Source: Azolla caroliniana (Eukaryota; Plantae; Polypodiophyta). Taken from it: a stretch of DNA of 64,000 nucleotides. The position numbers were made by a program, and so were the translations under genes. The stretch covers positions 6,076,001 to 6,140,000 of the forward strand of contig JBHGNT010000014.1 of NCBI GenBank assembly GCA_043228905.1, given 5' to 3'. This document shows, piece after piece, positions 13,188 to 27,157 of the stretch (position 1 is its first letter; each line of letters begins with the position of its first letter). Below the pieces are notes generated by a model. It was given only the letters and a program-made list of their open reading frames with translations. It did no database searches and was not told where the DNA came from.

Positions 13188-14952
13188 AAATCTGAGGATT
13201 CGCCTCCGAGACTATCTCGATTCCTTTCATGATTGGCTCGCACCGTTAGGAATTGGACCAATCTTTGGTTGTCAAGACTCTTTATTCGTGCAAAGGCTGC
13301 TCCATTATCGAACACTTTGGTCTCCATCCGAGATGATGTGATATACGGTTGCCCTAGGATGACAGGATGCGACGCCGATTCTTGCACGAAGAAGTGTTGA
13401 TCCATCTCCACATCCCCTTGCGTTATGGCATTCGTTTTTTCTTTTTGTGGCTTCTCTGTCTTCGACACCAACCTTCACGGGCCGAACCGTTTCTTCAACT
13501 CGTATGCTTGACTCCCCTTTTCGGCTTGATTTTCGTTCCTCTATTTGTAAAGGCCAACTCGTCTCTGCATCGTCCTTCTTTTTCGCATTCCTTGTTTCAT
13601 GTCTTTTCGATGGTCCTTGCTCTTCTATTCTTTTTCTGTTTTCTTCGACAAACACCTCGTGGTTGTCACACATCACCTTTGTGAGTATGGTGTTGTCGTT
13701 CATCGGATCCGACCACCTGGTTATGCTTTGCACGCTTTGGTTCGCAAGCTCTACCTCGTTCGATGTGACCTTCCCCATCTTCTCATACTCGAGAACGGAA
13801 GACAAAAACTTGGCTCCCACTTTCGTAGGTTCATTTTTGTCTTTCCCGACTCTTATTCCGGCCGATGCAGCATAGTGCATCGCATCCAGATGAGTCGCAT
13901 CGGCATCCTCCATAGCTTTCTTCATTTCTCCTCTTCGGAAATTCACCTGTAGGGGTCTTCTAGTCTCGCTCGAGCAGATTATGTTGTCATCTATGTACAC
14001 GATATTTTGTCGCATTGCCTCTCGAAGGCTTGCGCAATCCCTTCTCATGTGGTCCATGCTATCGCACCACACGCATCTAAAGGGTTCTTTTCCTTTGGGC
14101 CCCCAATGATTCATGTTGGCTAGCGTGACCTTCTCGAACTTCTTCGCTAGCTCTTCAATGATGTCATCATCAATCTTCTTTTCTTCCGGACTGCTTTGTT
14201 TGGGCGGCTCAACTACTTTCAGTTGTCTTGTTTGTTCCGCAACAGTTGATCCCGCCAAGTCGGTGTCATCAACCCACTAACGACGCTTGTCGAGCCTATT
14301 GCATGCTCGCTTTACCGCAACCCAGTCCGGCACAAGCCCGTTTGCTTGGGTATCATCTTCGAGAAGAGTCCCCAACTCCCGTCTATCCTTCATGTCCACG
14401 GCCTTTTAGGAAGTACAAAGTCTTGTCCTCTTCAAGCAACATTTGGTTCGTGTTGGGGAGACGATTAAACATCTGGTCGAATTCGTCATACACCCTCGAG
14501 GCGCTCATCTTCTTATTCTTCTTCTCTATCCACTTCATCAGCGCATGTCGAGTCATCCTCGTTGAGTCTTCAGTCGCGAACTCCGCTAGTATCGTTTTCT
14601 CGAACTTGAACCATGTTGTCTTACCTTCGTGAAGTTCGATGACGTGTCTTTGGACGTTGTTGGTGACAAATCTCTTGAATCTTGCGATTTGATGAGCTTC
14701 GGACACGTCCCTCTGATTCATCTCCCTTCTATATGTGTCAAGGAACTTCGTAAAGTTCCTTCCATCGAATTGGCCCTCGAGCTCTACGACACGATTGACA
14801 ACCTTCTCCATGCTCGTGTCGTTGTCCCGAGATCTCATCATTTGCTCGAAGATTAGCATCATCCTTTCGAGCTCTCCCACTTGATTGCTTGAGGATGCCA
14901 TCTCCAAGTATCGGTTGATCCTCGACTTGATCCTTCCTAACGCCTCTTTCAC
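13184..14952 (-). pseudogene. Gypsy gag plus partial protease, frameshifted
   Basis: CVWCDSMDHMRRDC zinc knuckle. C-terminal protease motif VILGQP ends at GAT TTT TAG. Confidence 0.8.
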
Positions 14953-15505
14953 GTTGGGTTCACCACTTAATTATGTCGTGAAGATCCGTCACTAGGCATG
15001 GATCGCGAGGCGGAACCGCCGGGGTTCTGGACCAGAATGATCGAAGTTCACACCAAGCTTAGCGAGAAAGTATTTAGGATAGATTGAGAGAGAGAAAGAG
15101 ATTAAGATTAAATGCTTGACTTAGATTGAGAAAGATTGATATGGCCAAGAGAGAGATATTGCGATTAAGATTTTAACTCTTAATTTAAGAAACAAGATAT
15201 ATCATCAATGAATTTTCTTCTAATTAATTTCTTAGTTCATACATGGATCTATAATACATTTTTATCCATCCTTTTATAGATGCCCCCATGCATATGATGC
15301 ATGTTTGCCATTTGGCGCTTGTGTATTACATGTGGTGCATGATAACCATGTCAATCATTCTAGCTCTCATGCATAAGAATTTACATGTAAAAGTACAATG
15401 ATAGAAATATAATTTCAACTAAATATCTTGGCTTAGTGGTAAGCCAATTGACTCCTAACTTGGAGGTGCAAGGTTTGAATCCTTACTTGCCCTCCTTGTA
15501 TATGC

Positions 15506-16245
15506 TGTCAAGAACTGCACGCTCCCTATGTGCAACATTCGGCCACAACCGAGCTTAGAATCATACACAAAAAACAGGAAACGAAAAAAACACGACACAA
15601 AGGAGAGAAGAGTACACAGGATGTTTAACGTGGAAAACCCTGAGAGGGAAAAACCACGGGAGTCCACAGACTCCAAACTATCACTATATCACAATGATTA
15701 CAACAGTGAGCTCACGGAGGCAATGACCTCGCGCTCACGACCTTCGCCACAGACGGCGGTTACAACCGAGGCAACGACCTCTTCCTCTCTCTCACTCTCT
15801 GTACATTGTTACGAGCTCTCTCTTCTTGCACCAACAAGAATGACAACAACTCTTTCAATAAGTTTGCCCTAAGTCATATTTATACTAATATGACTTTTCG
15901 GCTATTTACAACTATAGCCTCGATGGACTCTCAGAAACATATTTACGAATATGTCTCTTCATCCGGTGAGCACTCCTCACCGGGCCTGCATCATCTGGCG
16001 CTTGCCGGGTACTTGCCATCCGGTTCTCACCGGGTCTTCCGTTTCCGGGTACTCCTCATCTGGTTCTCACCGGGTCCGCACCATCCGGCTCTCCGTAGCC
16101 GGGTTCTCCTCATCCGGTTCTCACCGGGTCTGCACTATCCGGCTCTCCGTAGCCGGGTACTCCTCATTCGGTTTCGGCCTCGGCCGAGTTTGCCCATCAA
16201 CATTGTTCTTCTCCCTTCCCATCCAGAGGGACCTGTTTCCTAACA
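15506..16245 (-). mobile_element. Solo LTR of a Copia family A subfamily, inserted in the Gypsy 5' LTR
   Basis: TG..CA ends and TSD TATGC/TATGT. Absent from the sister LTR at ~9090. Similar to LTRs at 48721-49335 and 52567 onward. Confidence 0.88.
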
Positions 16246-17674
16246 TATGTATATATATTTATATATTTATTTATCTAGTCGTCAGACACCGGTTCGCCGG
16301 ATGCTGCCAGTTACACATGAGGTGCGCCTCACCGGATGCCGTCGCCTCGCCGACGCCGGATGCCGCTGGTTACCGGTGGCCGCCGCCTCGCTGGTTGCCG
16401 CCGGATGTCGGTTCCGCCGGATCACCGGTTGCCGATGTGCCACCATCGCTTTGCCGGCTGCCACCGAAGCATCGGCTCCATCACCGGTCCGGTTTTGGTT
16501 GGCGAAAACCTTTACGAGTAGCTAGGCCACCTCCACTCTTAGTTCAAGTTACCTTGAAATCTCTATGCTTCACACATAGACACAAACATAATAGCTTTTG
16601 CTCTACCTTATATATGATGAGAGCCGTATTTGTCGTGCCTATGTGGGATATCTGACAGTTTTCTCTTTTCCTTTTACAAACTTTATACCCTCATATCTTG
16701 ACATCTAGTTGTCCGTTTCTCGTGTAATAAAGTGCATTCGAAAGTTCTTGAAGACCTCCATCATTTTGTACTTAGATATTAAACTTATTTAAAATGTTAT
16801 CTTCACTATTATTGTTTTATGTGATTCATACTCGATTTTGTATGTTGTATATGATTTTCACACCATTGCCGAAAATCTTCACGACACCGGAATACCGAAA
16901 CCCGATTAACGACATTCTTGTTCTCGAACATGATGCCAATCTTCTCCCAGAGTTCATGAGCCTTGTTCTCTTCATTGAAGTTGTTGTACAGGCTCATGTC
17001 AATTAAGCATCGAATGTATGTCGTCGTCTTCATGTGCATCACGTCCCACACTATGGCGTCGATCCTATTCGGTCCCTTCTTCGCAAATTGAACCGGCAAC
17101 CAAAGATCTTTAACCACCAGCTTGAACCTACCGCCGAATGATTCTTCAATTTCCTATTTTGTTCACTCTGATACCAGATTATTGAGAATAGCGTGGAATA
17201 TTTCTCGGCCACAACCGAGTCTTGAATCATAGAAATGGGAATGAAACACAAAAATGGGAAGTAGAGAGTACACAGAATATTTACGTGGAAAACCATAATA
17301 GGGTAAAAAACCACGGGAGCCCACAAGACTCCAAACTATCACTATATGAGAAAGGTACAATCAGAGACTCGGAGGCAACGACCTCGAGCTCTGTTTCTTC
17401 GCCGAGCGGCGGTTACAACAGAGTATCGCTCTATATCTCTCTCTCTATATATATACAACAATTATACACATACAAAAATATGACAACAACTACCAACACC
17501 CAAAAGTGATTGCCCTAAGTCATATATATACTTATATGAACTTAGGGCTATTTACAAATATAGCCTCAATAGGCTTACTCAAAACATATTTACAAGTATG
17601 TCTTCTCTTCCGGTTCTCACCGGGTCCATCCGATCCATAACCGAATCCCATCCAGAGGGACTGATTTCCCAACA

Positions 17675-18859
17675 ATTTAGGGTGCTTTTCTTCACCGCTT
17701 ATAAAGACAAGTTCTCTTCTTGACACGAGGTGCTGAGAGTAACCACCAGGTTCTCCCAGCTATCCTACAATGAGCACATAAGTAGGTTGGCCAACATCGC
17801 ATCATCAAGGGGAAACTTGGTTGCGACGAGTTGATTCACATACCCATGAATATGTTGTTGTGTTCGATGATGCTCTCACCATCTCTGTATTTCAGCCATA
17901 CAATCTTTCTCTCGTATAGCCCTAACAACTTTTGCCACATCTCGTGGGCATTTCTATCATTTGCCACATGCTGAAGGATACTTACATCGACGTACTTTGT
18001 GATGATGGCCATTGCCTTTCTATTAAGACGTTTTCAATGAGACTCCAAATACCCCCCTGGGTATATCTACTCTGTCGACGGGCTCGTACAAGTCTTTCAC
18101 TATGAGGGGGTCTTCCATTTTGATCTTCCATTGTACATAGTTCTATGAGTTCAGAACTATCATACCTAGGAATCCACTCACACCTCCTTCCATTGCTTGA
18201 ACCAAGCTCTGGTACCAGTTTGTTGAGAAACCAATCATTATTTCACAAGAAATAAATATACAATTGCAATGCACAACTCGGACACACAGAAAAAGGTATA
18301 CACAGATTTAACGTGGAAACCCTAAACGGGAAAACCATAGGAACAAAGATTCCACTATACACAAAAGAGTACAGAAAAACGGTTACAATCTTCTTGACAC
18401 ACACAAGATAAACATGCTAAGGGTTCTTAGCAAGTTCGTTGAACTTTGTTGCCGCTCTCTCTCTCACGCTCCCACGCCCTTTCTTTTCTGTCACGCTACA
18501 CTACACTACAGAGACTCGTGCACTATTATGTTTTGCTCTAAATCTACTGTTTTCCCTAGGTGTATTTATACTTATACCCTATATGGGCTATTTTCAAATG
18601 TAGCCACTACTACTGTCATTTCTATTATTATCTAATATTAATAATATTCTTACTAATCAACCGACTCATTTGTCGATTGTCAGGTCAGTCCAACTAGCCG
18701 GTCATATCTTCATCCTTGATCTACTCTCCATGTCGACTCTCTCAAAGTCGACTCCTTAACTGTCAGCTCTCATCAAACCAGTCGACTGCTCCCTTGTCTT
18801 CGATTGTCCGCTCTTTTTGAGAAGTCGAATCCTCCCACTAGAGGGACATATTCCTAACA
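17675..18859 (-). mobile_element. Copia family B fragment (5' LTR, PBS, gag start)
   Basis: LTR 18859-18221, PBS TGGTACCAGAGC 18217-18206, degenerate gag interrupted by Copia A copy 1. Confidence 0.75.
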
Positions 18860-20672
18860 AATTCGAGTCGTATTCCCTTCGATCAGTAGAACTCCTCGAA
18901 CTATCCCCGGTATTCGCCTCTATTGTCCCCTCGAACCGCCTTCAGCTTCCGGACGGTTTCCCTTTCCATCCTCGTGGGGAATTCCTTGAAGACGGATTAT
19001 ATCTGTTCCTTCGTCTTCAACGGTCAGACCCACAACTTCCGGTTGTGGTCTTCTATGAACGTCACGAAGTACTGTGACCGAGCATGTGACATCGTGTCCA
19101 CATGGCATACATCGGTCTGCACAAGTTCCAGCAATGCATTTTGTTTCATCGGTGGTCTTGTCCGAAAAGAGGTTTGGTTTTGCTTGCGGACTAGGCAATC
19201 GGTGCACTTCTCGAGTTGCACATCTTTCACCTCTAGAATCTTTTATCCTCAGCAAGTTTGTGCATCCGTTTCTGGCTCATGTGGCACAACATTTTGTGCC
19301 ACAACTCACTGGCATTGTCAGATGCCACATTTACTTCCTCCCGGCATATCAGGGCATGCATGAGGTCCAACGTGTTGATCTTCCACGGTCGAGCCATGAT
19401 CAGGCTTTCTTTGTTGAACTTCATGACTCCATTCCAGATGCTACATGTGTAGTCTTCATCATGTAGACGGTCGGCTGATATCAGGTTCAACCGAACCTTT
19501 GGAACGTGGTGTACATCTTTCAGCAGCAACTTACACCCGGTTGACGTTGTCAACCTCACGTCTCCTATGCCGACAATTCGGCATGCATCTTCATTTCCCA
19601 TCCGGACAATACTGTGATCTCCGGCTCTGTAAGATGAGAAGCACTTCCGGTCCGGAGACAGATGGAACGATGCTTCGGAATCGACCACCCATGTCGTCTC
19701 ATCGCTGACAAGAATTGCCGATGTTCCTTTCTGATCTGAACTCCTTCAATTCGGACCCTTCTTTGAGTCAGCATTATCGGTCCCTTTCTCCTTCCAGAAA
19801 TGTCGGCAATTCTTCTGGAAGTGCCCCGACTTTCCCTAATAAAAGCAAGTGGGCCTCCCCCTTGACTTTGACCTCGTCCCTGATTTTGTCCCGGTTCTAG
19901 GGACTCCGATTCCGGCCTCTTCCTTGGTTACGGTCATCTTCCGTAACGAAGGCCTTCGGATCAGTTCCAGACTCACGGTCCTTCCTGTGAGCTGCATCAT
20001 CCAGCAAGCATGATTAAACCCTTGCTAGGGATAGGTGTTTTCCTTCCTCCCTCGCGTTGCCCAAAGTGACAACAAGCGTCTCCCAACTATCCGGGAGGGA
20101 ACCGAGCAACAACAACGCATGTACCTCGTCGGCTAGAGGTACTTCCAACGAGGTTGTTTGGTTTATGAGCCCCTAGAATGCATTCATGTGCTCCGCCATG
20201 TTGGATCCGTCTTGGTATCAAACCCGATTCACATCGTTTTTACTCTCTAGCATGGTATCAATTTTCTCCCATAGCACATTTGCCTTGTTCTCTTCATTAA
20301 AGTTATTGTACAGGCACATGTCGATGAAGCATCTTATGTAGGTTGTCATCTTCATATGCATCACCTCCCAAGTTGATGCATCAATATTGTCTGGTTTTTG
20401 TCCCCGAACTATACCGGCAACCAGAGATCTTTAACCATGAGCATGTCCCTCATCTTTGACTCCACACTGGGTAGTTGGAGTTGGTGAGCTTGAACATGTT
20501 GCCGAATGGATCTTCCATGCTCTGGTACCAGATTGTGCGTTGGTACCAGATTGCCGAATGGATCCATCTGATCCGGTATCCAGATGCCTTCCGGACCCAT
20601 CCGTCCTGGTTCCTTGCTTTGGCTTGTCTGATCCGGCTCATCTAGATCCCATCCGGAGGGACCCCTTTTTCA
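18860..20672 (-). mobile_element. Copia family A copy 2 fragment (short deleted LTR, gag, PR, INT start)
   Basis: LTR remnant ~20552-20672 and duplicated PBS TGGTACCA. gag MEDPFGNMFKLTNSNY, WVVDSEAS, LWHKMLCH. Confidence 0.8.
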
Positions 20673-22163
20673 TTGTTGGCCACCAAAGGCCACCCTGCCA
20701 TACCTTGCGGGTTGTTGCCTCCCCAGCATAATGCCCACCTGCAATGACATAGTGAACTTCGCGAAGGATCCTCCCTTTTTCAAATTGTTGAACCACGTGA
20801 CACTAGATGTTGTCGGCGCTCTTATGGTACAATGTGTTGTGAAGTAATCAGATATGCTGGCTTGGACGACCAATCACTTCTTTTCATCTAGTGACATGTT
20901 GGCAGGGGGCCAACTTGAGGTGAGGAAATATTTCATGGCCTCAGGGACCTCATACTGAACCTCGGAGTTGGCCGAGTCTATTCAAAAAATATCCCTATCC
21001 GGAAAGTTGTTTTGTACTCCGTTGGTTGTTTCCCCGAACCTGAGTCAACTCAGATAGTCAGCAACACCGTGTGAAACCCTTGGCTAGTGATGAATGTCAA
21101 AATTTAATTATTGTAATAAGATCATCCAAGTGATTGTTTTGTGACAAGGTACAAGAGTGACGAGTGATCAACATGAACGGTGAATTTGCGGCCAAGTAGG
21201 TAGTACCGAAACTTAGTTACACTATAGATCATCCCGAGGGCTTCTCTCTCGGCGTTCAAATAAATTTTTCCTGCAACAGAGAGTCGCCAGTTGGCGTAAT
21301 AGACCAGACAATACTAGTTGGACGTTGTTAATTGCATCAGCGCGTTGCTGATTGCTATATCCGAGGCATCGACAAAAATGTGGAAGGATTGCATCCAATC
21401 TAGTGGTTGGACGATGGGTGCTTCAGACAACATTATTTTAAGGGAGTTTTATGCCTCGTCCTTGGTAGAGATCCATCGAAATGGTGTGCGCTACACAACT
21501 GCATGTAAAGGTGTCACAAAGCCCAGTAGATAGCAAAGCATTCGGCTATGCTACCGAATCTAGCTGAGAAAGTGGGTTAAGGCTTTTGCGTTTGTTGGTG
21601 TGGGAGAGTCGAGAACGGCTTTGACCTTGTCAGGATCGACCATGATCCCCTCCCAGTTGACAATGTGCCCAAGGAGTGCTCTATTGGTGACACTTAAGGC
21701 ACATTTGGTTGGATTCAAGTTGAGTCGAACTTCCCAACATCTACCTAAACAAAGGTGGAGGTGTTCTAAATGTTCAAGGTGTCTTCCATATACCGTAAAA
21801 TCATCTAAGAATACTTGCATGAAAGTGAGGATGTAATCGTCGAATATTTTCATAATGATCTGTTGAAATGTGCCGAAGTTGTTTTCAAGCCGAACATCAT
21901 TACGAAAACCACACAAACTTTTCATCATAATGGTATTGAATACAATCACTAGGGCATTCCATTCCCCCACATAGGTACTTGACTACATCTAAAGTTGATT
22001 GAATGCCTAGGAAGATTCCATTCCCACACATAGGACTTGACTACATTAGGTTGTTTTCAAGCCGAACATCATTACAATAAATGTTGACTTTTCCTCATCA
22101 TCTAGGTGCATTCGAATTTGGCTGTACCCACTAAACCCATCCAGGAGACGGTGTCCAATACCA
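20673..22163 (-). mobile_element. Non-chromovirus Gypsy RT-RNase H fragment
   Basis: LDGFSGYSQ, QVFLDDF, FHIFVDA and KFRYYLLG motifs, with a small insertion at ~21905-22050. Confidence 0.8.
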
Positions 22164-22490
22164 TTGGTGAAATCCAGAGAAAAAGAATTGGTGATGTGGA
22201 GAGTCGACATAAGAGTCGGCTAGTCGAATCGACTAGTTGACCAGTTGACTGATTAATTGTTACTGTTATTAGTATAATAATAGGAATGAAAGTAGTAGAG
22301 ACTACATTTGTAAATAGCCCATATTGTGTACAAGTATAAATACACTTAGGGAAAATGCAGAACTATAGAACCAAAAGTGTGTAGATGATAGTGTAGTACT
22401 ACACAGACTGTGTGTGTGTGTGTGAGAGAGAGAGAGGCAATAAAGTTATGTGAACCTACCAAGTACCCTAAGTGGTTAACCTCTGAGTAT
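22164..22490 (+). mobile_element. 5' part of a Copia family B LTR; its remainder is probably at 46835-46882
   Basis: Similar to the reverse complement of 18221-18859. Ends at an apparent deletion junction. Confidence 0.6.
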
Positions 22491-22499
22491 CAGAGAGTT

Positions 22500-25400
22500 A
22501 ACCTCTAAAGGTCAAAGAGCTTTGCGACTCGGTCAACTCAATAAGTGTAAATATTGATGATGATGAGATGGTGCAAATATGCCTCGACGGCCTCGCACCA
22601 TGGTTTGGCGCGATGCGAACCGCCGTTCTAGCAAGGGAGAAATCTCCCACCTTCTTCGAGCTCCAATCAATGCTATTGGTCGAAGAAAACCATGTGCGTA
22701 CAAGGAGAAATGAGTCGGAAGGCCACATGCTCTACACACACTCGAATGGAGGAAGAGGACGTGAACGGGCGAGAGGCCGATTCGGCCAAGGACAAGGCGG
22801 ACGAGGTCCGACCTACGACAACAACTCGCAATTTCGGCCACAAAATGGAAGCTAACGAGGAACCTTCGCAAGAAGGGGGAGCTTCCACTCCGGACCAAGC
22901 CGTCAAAACGCAACTGAATGCGGATATTGTGGAAAGCTCGGCCACCACGAAGAAGAGTGCCGAAAGCAGATGTGTGAATCGGCTTCCACAAGCCAACAAC
23001 TCACGAATTACGCGCACAATTTCGACTACGAAGAGTATAGCGGAATGTACAGGCACAACTCCGACTACAAAGATCGTGGCGGAATGTATGCACACAACTC
23101 CGACCGTGGCGGAATGTTCATGATGAAACATAGAGCAAACTCCGACCGTGGCGGAATTGTGGTTTTTGAGTGATTGGTAGTAAGGTCTTTGGTTTCTTAG
23201 TTTAATGTGGAGTTTATCTCCTTTGTATTGTCTTGATGTTGGAATATCATAACAATATTATCTCTTTCTCATCTTCTCTATCTTTTTTTCTTAATTTCTT
23301 GAGTCTCTCTTGATCTATATAATATATTATGAGTCACAACTCCATCTAACCGGTTTGGTCAAGCCCTCATATAGTGTAAGATTATCATTTGTCTTAAACA
23401 CATCATCAGGATGCAAGTACGATTCAACCAAGAAGGGTGCTTCATCGAAAAAGAGGGCCAAATCATAGCGCGCGGAAGAAGAGAGGGCCGGATGTTCATT
23501 CTCAATTCACACAAGATGAAATCTGCCATGTTCGCAAAAAGCACGAAAGTCGACTCCGACATAGAGCTATGGCACAAGCGAATCGGCCACATCAATCTCA
23601 ACAAACTCAAAGCAATGAAATCGAAAGGAGTCGTTATTGGACTCCCAACATTCAAAGAGAAGGAGATTGAAGGTGTATTCGAAGCATGCCAATTCGGCAA
23701 GCAACACCAACACCCATTCCCGAAAGAGCGGCACGTGAGCAAAGTTCTACTCGATGTAGTCCATTCCGACGTATGGGAACTGGTGCAGATGGCTACATTC
23801 AGCAGATGCCGATATTATGTGCTCTTCATCGATGACTTCTCCAAGCACACGTGGCTTTATCCGATGCGAGGAAAGAGAGAAGTGTTCTGACACTTCCAAA
23901 GGTTTAAAAATGAAGTCGAAAAAGCCACTGGTCGTCATGTATGATGCCTTTGATTAGATAGCGGCAAGGAGTACTTCTTGGACGATTTCACGACGTATCT
24001 CTAAAAGGAAGGAATTCAGCGAGAATTCACTTGCCGACACACTCCGCAACAAAACGGAGTAGCCGAGCGCAAAAATTGGCACATCCTCGAAGTAGCGCAA
24101 GCCATGATGAACAAGAAGCATATGCCCAAATCATATTGGGCCGAAGCTGCAAATATGGCCATCTACCTAATGAACCGGTGCACAACATCCGGAGTGCACG
24201 AGGTCACTCCACACGAAAAAGATTTCGGAAAGAAGCCGGACTTATCGCACACCCGGATATTCGACGCGATAGCATACGTGCACATACCCGACGAAAAACG
24301 ACAAAAGCTAGATCCAAAGTCGGAGAAATGTATCCTCGTAGGATACTCACTCGAACAAAAGGGGTACAAATGCTACAACCCAACCTGAAAAGTTCGAGTA
24401 AGTCGAGACGTCATGTTCGACGAATCCGCATCCTGGTACACACTAGAGAAGATTCCGACTTCGACCCCGATCGATGCGGAACTGGCCGAACAAGAGTGAG
24501 AAGGTGGAGATCGCCCCGAAGACATGTTCGAAGATAGCTTGATTACCACAACGCTAAGTGGGCCACAAGAGCCCTCGAGCGATCAAAGCACATCACGGCC
24601 TAGCCCGAAGATGAACAAAGGCAAGGCGAAAATGTTGGAATATGAAGACGATTGCTTCGACGACGATGAGTTGACTCACTCACTTGACAGTGAGTTCAGC
24701 GGCTTTTATGTACCAATCGGAGCTAAGAAAGCCCTCATCTCTGCAAATGAAAAGCTCCGTTGCTCCACTCGTGAAAAGAATCCGATTAGCTGATTCGGCT
24801 ACAACGACTACATGGCATATCACTATGCCGTTATGATGAAGGTGGCGACAGTACGCGAGCCGGAAACATTTTCCGAAGCAACCAAGGATCCGCGATGGAT
24901 CGAAGCTATGAACGAGGAGATGCAGGCACTACGCAAGAACGAGACGTGGGATCTCGTTCCCACCTCACCACACAAAAAGGAAATCGGATGCAGATGGATT
25001 TACAAAGTGAAGTACAACGTCGACGGTTCTGTCAACCGCTACAAAGCGCGACTCGTAGCAAAAGGCTACGCCCAAACGCACAGAGTTGACTACAAGGAGA
25101 CCTTTGCCCTGGTGGCAAAGATGACGATGGTACGGACCGTAATTGCGCTTTCCGCGGCGAAAAGGTGGCACCTCCATCAAATGGACGTGAAGAATGCCTT
25201 TCTACAAGGCGAATTAGAAGAGGACGTGTACATGATACAACCACCCGGCTTCAACTCGAGCACCCATCCGAAAGCTTTATGCTGACTCAAGAAGCCACTC
25301 TACGGCCTCAAGCAAGCACCGTGTGCTTGGCATTTGAAGATAACGCAATATCTTCATCAAATCGGCTTCCGTATGTCAAAATCAGACAACTCCCTCTACA

Positions 25401-26970
25401 TACGAAGCGATTCCACATGTCCGATCGTCATCATCTTATATGTGGCTCACCTAGTCATTGGAGGTGAGCATCTCCTCGAAATCAATAAAGTCTAATCAAT
25501 GAAGGAACTCCACTACTTCCTCGGCATCGAGGTAATTCAGACTCCAGCCGGAATCATGATCTCTCAACGGCATGGCTGAGTGCAAATCCATGGCAACCCC
25601 GCTCGATTGCAATATCAAACTAGATGCGAACTCCAGCACCAAAGCGTGTGAGACGACTCAGTATCGGCAACTCATCGGGAGTCTCATCTACCTCACGATC
25701 ACTCGACCCGATGTCAGTTATCCGGTTGGTCTCCTTAGCCAATTCATGCAAACACCGTGTGATACTCACTTGGATTGTGCTAAGCGAGTTCTACAATACG
25801 TGAGTGGCATCCTCTACAAGACCGCGATGCCAATACGACTCGAGGGGTACACAGACGCCGATTGGGCCGGCTACAAAGCCGATAGAAGATCAACCTCCGG
25901 ATTTGTTTTTTCCCTCAACAGCGGAGCAATATCCTGGAGCAGCAAAAAGCAACCAACCGTCGCTCTTTCGAGCACAGAGGCGGAATATAGGGGCGCGGCA
26001 GTGGCCGCATGTGAAGCCGTATGGCTCAAAAGGATACTCAAGGATCTAGGCGTACCCATCAAGGATCTAACTTCCCTTTACTACGACAACATGAGCAGTA
26101 TCTATCTGGCTCGGAACCCGGTGTTCCACGAGCGGACAAAGCACATCGAAGTGCACTATCACTTCATCCGAGAGCACATTCTAGCTGGCGATGTCGACCT
26201 ACAACACATTAGCACAAATCTTCAAACGACCAACATCTTCACTAAAGCCTTAGGAGCCGACAAGCTATGGCAATTCATGATTGATCTCGGATTGACGATC
26301 CCTGACTTGCCAAGCTTGAGGGGGAGTATTGAAGACACTACGCAATAACACGTGGATTCCGCAATCGCGCAAGGAAGCCGCGAAGAGCCGATCCACCGTG
26401 CAAAGCCGCAAAGAAAGACGCAAGCCGAAGCACAGACTTCGCAACTACGCACAACACAATCAGGAGCACAGATTCCGGAACTCCGCATAAAAGCAAGTCG
26501 ACGCAGACTCCAGAACGCGAGTCGAAGCGGATTTCGGATACCGTCTGAAACCGACCCCACTTGAGCTTGAGGGGGCGTGTTGTGAATCAAGCTCAACTTA
26601 GTCTAGTGTGTGAACTCACCTGGAGAGTGAATAGACACTCCAACGGTCAAGAGTCACCATTATGTCACCACTTTGTATTCTAACATTTAGTATGAGTCAT
26701 AGAATCATATTCTATGACACATAATTTATGAGCTTTCACATTCCCCATGCTCCATGAGTCTTGTAGTTAATGAAGAGAGAGGGTGACTATATAAAGCACC
26801 CTCCTCCCACCTTGTATATTGTTGAGTCTTTCTCCTTTGTTAATATACTTTCCCTTGCGTATTCTCTGTGTCTTACTCCTTGTTTCTCTCACTCTCTCTC
26901 TCTCTCACACACACACACACATAGTTCATATCTATTCCGCTGCACAGAATCCATCTCGTGATTCTTTACA
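22500..26970 (+). mobile_element. Ty1/Copia family D, 5'-truncated and degenerate
   Basis: gag remnant, LWHKRIGH, INT, RT (QMDVKNAFL), RNase H (YTDADWAG, TKHIEVHYHF). PPT 26567-26577 and 3' LTR 26578-26970. Confidence 0.88.
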
Positions 26971-27157
26971 CTATACTTATCCATTAGTCCGACTTTGTCC
27001 CTCATCTCGTATCCCAATAGTACGACTCCAACGGACAACACCTGACACACCTCTGGGACAATGCCATAACATGTCGGACCATTCCTCCTTGATTACTCCT
27101 CGTTAAAAATATCGAGGATATTGGGTTCCGGTCGATCCTCGTTGTTTGTTGTGCCGG

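Larger units (their letters stand above)
8562..16886 (-). mobile_element. Full-length Ty3/Gypsy LTR retrotransposon (CCGG-targeting family)
   Basis: LTRs 8562-9644 and 14974-16886 (TGTCGTG...CACGACA), 4-bp TSD CTGG/CCGG, PBS TGGTGAACCCAACGTGA (tRNA-Trp-like) 14965-14949, PPT GGTGGGGGTGGA 9656-9645, domain order gag-PR-RT-RH-INT. Confidence 0.93.
6663..17674 (-). mobile_element. Ty1/Copia family A copy 1, 3'-truncated and internally deleted, split by a Gypsy insertion at 8562-16886
   Basis: 5' LTR 17674-17180 and tRNA-iMet PBS TGGTATCAGAG 17176-17166. gag continues across the Gypsy insertion. Zinc-knuckle remnant, protease (WVVNSG), LWHKRLCH and INT start, fused to [11 protein letters not shown]. 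Confidence 0.85.
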
